Source of the DNA: Pecten maximus
Lineage: Eukaryota
Length of the DNA: 64,000 nucleotides
Assembly (NCBI RefSeq): GCF_902652985.1
Contig: NC_047033.1
Location: 6,076,001-6,140,000 of the forward strand
Reading direction: 5' to 3'
The position numbers were made by a program, and so were the translations under genes. Of the stretch, positions 56,201 to 64,000 are shown one piece after another. Within the stretch, counting starts at the first letter, position 1. Every line of letters begins with the position of its first letter. The notes beneath the pieces were generated by a model that worked only from the letters and a program-made list of their open reading frames with translations, was not told where the DNA came from and ran no database searches.

Positions 56201-59200
56201 TACACCACCTCACCAAGGTAAACCCATACAGGATACACCGCCTCACCAAGGTAAACCCATACAGGATAAACTACCTCACCAAGGTAAACCCGTACAGGAT
56301 ACATCGCCTCACCAAGGTAAACCCATACAGGATACACTACCTCACCAAGGTAAACCCGTATAGGATACACCGCCTCACCAAGGTAAACCCATACAGGATA
56401 CACCACCTCACCAAGGTAAACCCGTACAGGATACACCACCTCACCAAGGTAAACCCATACAGGATACACCGCCTCACCAAGGTAAACCCATACAGGATAT
56501 ACCAGATCACCAAGGTAAACCCTTACAGGATACACTACATCACCAAGGTAAACTCATATAGGATACACTGCCTCACCAAGGTAAACCCGTACAGGATATA
56601 CTACATCACCAAGGTAAACCCGTACAGGATATACTACATCACCAAGGTAAACCTGTACAGGATATACTACATCACCAAGGTAAACCCATACAGGATACAC
56701 CGCCTCACCAAGGTAAACCCATACAGGATACACCACCTCACCAAGGTAAACCCGTACAGGATACACCGCCTCATCATGGTAAACCCTTACAGGATACAGC
56801 GGCTCACCAAGATAAACCCGTACAGGATACACCACCTCACCAAGGTAAACCCGTACAGGATACACCACCTCACCAAGGTAAACCCATACAGGATACACCG
56901 CCTCACCAAGGTAAACCCATACAGGATACACCGCCTCACCAAGTTAAACCCTTACAGGATACACCGCCCTCACCAAGTTAAACCCATACAGGATACACCG
57001 CCTCACCAAAGTAAACCCATACAGGATACACCGGCTCACAAGGTAAAACCCATACAGGATACACCGGCTCACACCAAGGTAAACCCATACAGGATACACC
57101 GCCTCACCATGGTAAACACATACAGGATACACCACCTCACCAAGGTAAACCAGTACAGGACATACTACATCACCAAGGTAAACCCTTACAGGATACACTA
57201 CCTCACCAAGGTAAACCCTTACAGGATACACTACATCACCAAGGTAAACCCATACAGGATACACTACCTCACCAAGGTAAACCCTTACAGGATACACTGC
57301 CTCACCAAGGTAAACCCGTACAGGATATACCACCTCACCAAGGTAAACCCGTACAGGACATACTACATCACCAAGGTAAACCCTTACAGGATACACTGCC
57401 TCACCAAGGTAAACCCGTAGAGGATACACCACCTCACCAAGGTAAACCCGTACAGGATACATCGCCTCACCAAGGTAAACCCATACAGGATACACTACCT
57501 CACCAAGGTAAACCCGTATAGAATACACCGCCTCACCAAGGTAAACCCATACAGGATACACCACCTCACCAAGGTAAACCCGTACAGGATACACCACCTC
57601 ACCAATGTAAACCCATACAGGATACACCGCCTCACCAAGGTAAACCCATACAGGATACACCGCCTCACCAAGTTAAACCCTTACAGGATACACTGCCTCA
57701 CCAAGTTAAACCCATACAGGATACACCGCCTCACCAAAGTAAACCCATACAGGATACACCGGCACACCAAGGTAAACCCATACAGGATACACCGGCTCAC
57801 CAAGGTAAACCCATACAGGATACACCGGCTGACCATGGTAAACACATACAGGATACACCAACTCACCAAGGTAAACCAGTACAGGACATACATCACCAAG
57901 GTAAACCCTTACAGGATACACTACATCACCAAGGTAAACCCTTACAGGATACACTACCTCACCAAGGTAAACCCTTACAGGATACACTACATCACCAAGG
58001 TAAACCCATACAGGATACACCGCCTCACCAAGGTAAACCCTTACAGGATACACTGCCTCACCAAGGTAAACCCGTACAGGATATACCACCTCACCAAGGT
58101 AAACCCGTACAGGACATACTACATCACCAAGGTAAACCCTTACAGGATACACTGCCTCACCAAGGTAAACCCGTAGAGGATACACCACCTCACCAAGGTA
58201 AACCTTACAGGATACACTACATCACCAAGGTAAACCCATACAGGATACACCGCCTCACCAAGGTTAACCCATACAGGATAAACTACCTCACCAAGGTAAA
58301 CCCGTACAGGATACATCGCCTCACCAAGGTAAACCCATACAGGATACACTACCTCACCAAGGTAAACCCGTATAGGATACACCGCCTCACCAAGGTAAAC
58401 CCATACAGGATACACCACCTCACCAAGGTAAACCCGTACAGGATACACTACCTCACCAAGGTTAAACCCTTACAGGATACACCGCCTCACCAAGGTAACC
58501 CATACAGGATACACCGCCTCACCAAGGTAAACCCGTACAGGATACACCGCCTCACCAAGGTAAACTCAGACAGGATACACCGCCTCACCAAGGTAAACCC
58601 ATACAGGATACACCGCCTCACCAAGGTAAACCCTTACAGGATACACTACATCACCAAGGTAAACTCATACAGGATACACTGCCTCACCAAGGTAAACCCG
58701 TACAGGATATACCACATCACCAAGGTAAACCCTTACAGGATACACTACATCACCAAGGTAAACTCATATAGGATACACTGCCTCATCATGGTAAACCCTT
58801 ACAGGATACACCGCCTCACCAAGTTAAACCCATACAGGATACACCGCCTCACCAAAGTAAACCCATACAGGATACACCGGCTCACCAAGGTAAACCCATA
58901 CAGGATACACCGGCTCACCAAGGTAACCCATACAGGATACACCGGCTCACCATGGTAAACACATACAGGATACACCACCTCACCAAGGTAAACCAGTACA
59001 GGACATACTACATCACCAAGGTAAACCCTTACAGGATACACTACATCACCAAGGTAAACCCGTACAGGATATACCACCTCACCAAGGTAAACCCGTACAG
59101 GACATACTACATCACCAAGGTAAACCCTTACAGGATACACTGCCTCACCAAGGTAAACCCGTAGAGGATACACCACCTCACCAAGGTAAACCTTACAGGA

Positions 59201-62200
59201 TACACTACATCACCAAGGTAAACCCATACAGGATACACCGCCTCACCAAGGTTAACCCATACAGGATAAACTACCTCACCAAGGTAAACCCGTACAGGAT
59301 ACATCGCCTCACCAAGGTAAACCCATACAGGATACACTACCTCACCAAGGTAAACCCGTATAGGATACACCGCCTCACCAAGGTAAACCCATACAGGATA
59401 CACCACCTCACCAAGGTAAACCCGTACAGGATACACTACCTCACCAAGGTAAACCCTTACAGGATACACCGCCTCACCAAGGTAAACCCATACAGGATAT
59501 ACCGCCTCACCAAGGTAAACCCGTACAGGATACATCGCCTCACCAAGGTAAACTCAGACAGGATACACCGCCTCACCAAGGTAAACCCATACAGGATACA
59601 CCGCCTCACCAAGGTAAACCCTTACAGGATACACTACATCACCAAGGTAAACTCATACAGGATACACTGCCTCACCAAGGTAAACCCGTACAGGATATAC
59701 CACATCACCAAGGTAAACCCTTACAGGATACACTACATCACCAAGGTAAACTCATATAGGATACACTGCCTCATCATGGTAAACCCTTACAGGATACACC
59801 GCCTCACCAAGTTAAACCCATACAGGATACACCGCCTCACCAAAGTAAACCCATACAGGATACACCGGCTCACCAAGGTAAACCCATACAGGATACACCG
59901 GCTCACCAAGGTAAACCCATACAGGATACACCGGCTCACCATGGTAAACACATACAGGATACACCACCTCACCAAGGTAAACCAGTACAGGACATACTAC
60001 ATCACCAAGGTAAACCCTTACAGGATACACTACATCACCAAGGTAAACCCTTACAGGATACACTACCTCACCAAGGTAAACCCTTACAGGATACACTACT
60101 TCACCAAGGTAAACCCATACAGGATACACTACCTCACCAAGGTAAACCCTTACAGGATACACTGCCTCACCAAGGTAAACCCATACAGGATACACCGCCT
60201 CACCAAGGTAAACCCATACAGGATACACCACCTCACCAAGGTAAACCCGTACAGGATACACCGCCTCATCATGGTAACCCTTACAGGATACAGCGGCTCA
60301 CCAAGATAAACCCGTACAGGATACACCACTCACCAAGGTAACCCGTACCGGATACACACCTCACCAAGGTAAACCCATACAGGATACACCGCCTCACCAA
60401 GTAAACCCATACAGGATACACCGCCTCACCAAGTTAAACCCTACAGGATACACCGCCTCACCAAGTTAAACCCATACAGGATACACCGCCTCACCAAAGT
60501 AAAACCCATACAGGATAACACCGGCTCACCAAGGTAAACCAATACAGAGACACCGGCTCACCAAGGTAAACCCATACAGGATACACCGGCTCACCATGGT
60601 AAACACATACAGTACACCACTCACCAAGGAAACCAGTACAGACATACTACATCACCAAGGTAAACCCTACAGATACACTACATCACCAAGGTAAACCCAT
60701 ACAGGATACACTACCTCACCAAGGTTAACCCGTAATAGGATACACCGCCCACAAGGTAAACCCATACAGGATACACCACCTCACCAAGGTAAACCCGTAC
60801 AGGATACACCACCTCACCAAGGTAAACCCATACAGGATACACCGCCTCACCAAGGTAAACCCATACAGGATATACCAGATCACCAAGGTAAACCCTTACA
60901 GGATACACTACATCACCAAGGTAAACTCATATAGGATACACTGCCTCACCAAGGTAAACCCGTACAAGATATACTACATCACCAAGGTAAACCCGTACAG
61001 GATATACTACATCACCAAGGTAAACCTGTACAGGATATACTACATCACCAAGGTAAACTCAGACAGGATACACCGCCTCACCAAGGTAAACCCATACAGG
61101 ATACACCGCCTCACCAAGGTAAACCCTTACAGGATACACTACATCACCAAGGTAAACTCATATAGGATACACTGCCTCATCATGGTAAACCCTTACAGGA
61201 TACACCGCCTCACCAAGTTAAACCCATACAGGATACACCGCCTCACCAAAGTAAACCCATACAGGATACACCCGGCTCACCAAGGTAACCCATACAGGAT
61301 ACACCGGCTCACCAAGGTAACCCATACAGGATACACCGGCTCACCATGGTAAACACATACAGGATACACCACCTCACCAAGGTAAACCAGTACAGGACAT
61401 ACTACATCACCAAGGTAAACCCTTACAGGATACACTACATCACCAAGGTAAACCCTTACAGGATACACTACCTCACCAAGGTAAACCCTTACAGGATACA
61501 CTACTTCACCAAGGTAAACCCATACAGGATACACTACCTCACCAAGGTAAACCCTTACAGGATACACTGCCTCACCAAGGTAAACCCATACAGGATATAC
61601 CACCTCACCAAGGTAAACCCGTACAGGACATACTACATCACCAAGGTAAACCCTTACAGGATACACTGCCTCACCAAGGTAAACCCGTAGAGGATACACC
61701 ACCTCACCAAGGTAAACCCATACAGGATACACCGCCTCACCAAGGTAAACCCATACAGGATAAACTACCTCACGAAGGTAAACCCGTACAGGATACATCG
61801 CCTCACCAAGGTAAACCCATACAGGTTACACTAACTCACCAAGGGTAAACCCGTATAGGACTTATCACCGCCTCACCCAATGGTTCAAACCCCATACAGG
61901 ATACCCCACCTCACCAAGGTAAACCTTACAGGATACACCAACCTCACCAAGGTAAACCCATACAGGATTACCACCGCCCTACCCAAGGTAAACCCATACA
62001 GGATATACCAGCTCACCCAGGTAATCCCTTCCAGGATACCACTACATCACCAAGGTAAACTCATATAGGATTACACGGTTGCCTCACCAAGGTAAACCCG
62101 TCAGGATATCTACATCACCAAGTGTAACCCGTACAGGATATACTACATCACCAAGGTAACCTGTACAGGATTATTATACTTACATCACCAAGGTAAACCC

Positions 62201-64000
62201 ATACAGGATTACACCGCCTCACCAAGGTAAACCCATAACAGGATACACCACCTCACCAAGGGTAAACCCGTACCAGGATTACACCGCCTCAATCATGGTA
62301 AACCCTTGCAGGATACAGCGGCTCACCAAGATAAACCCGTACAGGATACACCACCTCACCAAGGTAAACCCGTACAGGATACACCACCTCACCAAGGTAA
62401 ACCCATACAGGATACAGCGCCTCACCAAGGTAAACCCATACAGGATACACCGCCTCACCAAGTTAAACCCTTACAGGATACACCGCCTCACCAAGTTAAA
62501 CCCATACAGGATACACCGCCTCACCAAAGTAAACCCATACAGGATACACCGGCTCACCAAGGTAAACCAATACAGGATACACCGGCTCACCAAGGTAAAC
62601 CCATACAGGATACACCGGCTCACCATGGTAAACACATACAGGATACACCACCTCACCAAGGTAAACCAGTACAGGACATACTACATCACCAAGGTAAACC
62701 CTTACAGGATACACTACATCACCAAGGTAAACCCATACAGGATACACTACCTCACCAAGGTAAACCCGTATAGGATACACCGCCTCACCAAGGTAAACCC
62801 ATACAGGATACACCACCTCACCAAGGTAAACCCGTACAGGATACACCACCTCACCAAGGTAAACCCATACAGGATACACCGCCTCACCAAGGTAAACCCA
62901 TACAGGATATACCAGATCACCAAGGTAAACCCTTACAGGATACACTACATCACCAAGGTAAACTCATATAGGATACACTGCCTCACCAAGGTAAACCCGT
63001 ACAAGATATACTACATCACCAAGGTAAACCCGTACAGGATATACTACATCACCAAGGTAAACCTGTACAGGATATACTACATCACCAAGGTAAACCCATA
63101 CAGGATACACCGCCTCACCAAGGTAAACCCATACAGGATACACCACCTCACCAAGGTAAACCCGTACAGGATACACCGCCTCATCATGGTAAACCCTTAC
63201 AGGATACAGCGGCTCACCAAGATAAACCCTTACAGGATACACCACCTCACCAAGGTAAACCCGTACAGGATACACCACCTCACCAAGGTAAACCCATACA
63301 GGATACACCGCCTCACCAAGGTAAACCCATACAGGATACACCGCCTCACCAAGTTAAACCCTTACAGGATACACCGCCTCACCAAGTTAAACCCATACAG
63401 GATACACCGCCTCACCAAAGTAAACCCATACAGGATACACCGGCTCACCAAGGTAAACCAATACAGGATACACCGGCTCACCAAGGTAAACCCATACAGG
63501 ATACACCGGCTCACCATGGTAAACACATACAGGATACACCACCTCACCAAGGTAAACCAGTACAGGACATACTACATCACCAAGGTAAACCCTTACAGGA
63601 TACACTGCATCACCAAGGTAAACCCTTACAGGATACACTACCTCACCAAGGTAAACCCTTACAGGATACACTACATCACCATGGTAAACCCATACAGGAT
63701 ACACTACCTCACCAAGGTAAACCCTTACAGGATACACTGCCTCACCAAGGTAAACCCGTACAGGATATACCACCTCACCAAGGTAAACCCGTACAGGACA
63801 TACTACATCACCAAGGTAAACCCTTACAGGATACACTGCCTCACCAAGGTAAACCCGTAGAGGATACACCACCTCACCAAGGTAAACCCATACAGGATAC
63901 ACCGCCTCACCAAGGTAAACCCATACAGGATAAACTACCTCACCAAGGTAAACCCGTACAGGATACATCGCCTCACCAAGGTAAACCCATACAGGATACA
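53245..64000. repeat. 33-bp satellite DNA array (>10.7 kb, >320 monomers; continues past the window end)
   Basis: Monomer ggtaaaccc(a/g/t)tacaggatacacc(g/a)cctcaccaa. A length divisible by 3 explains the long repetitive ORFs on both strands. Confidence 0.98.

Noticed and set aside
53839-63968. Very long repetitive ORFs (e.g. 785 aa KVNPYRIHRLT repeats) suggesting a structural or adhesive protein
   Set aside because: The 33-bp period opens several frames on both strands. Stops and frameshifts occur in the frames, with no signal peptide, splice context or synonymous bias, so this is satellite DNA.

Overview
Eukaryotic, AT-rich, intron-containing genomic DNA. It is most likely from a bivalve mollusc, inferred from the C1q-domain gene pair, V/CORE/Meta-type tRNA SINEs and Helentron-associated elements carrying tandem arrays. 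Five spliced host genes can be reconstructed by eye: METTL21A (-, 3 exons) head-to-head with a C7orf57-like gene (+, 7 exons); a divergent pair of secreted coiled-coil C1q-domain genes separated by an L1/Tx1 LINE fragment; and an NNMT/INMT-family methyltransferase (-). The rest is a dense mix of non-autonomous DNA elements, SINEs, minisatellites, a stand-alone SGNH hydrolase ORF inside an unexplained island, and a >10.7-kb 33-bp satellite running off the right end. The most notable observations are: (1) tiny CAGAGAC...GTCTCTG palindromes with 7-bp target duplications that look like P-superfamily excision footprints, clustered in one gene; (2) a 581-bp GT...AG insertion flanked by a TACAG duplication in one C1q paralog only, a candidate insertion-derived intron gain; (3) sequence-unrelated elements that share one palindrome + IR/CRE/CCAAT architecture. 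All coordinates were read manually and may be off by a few bases.
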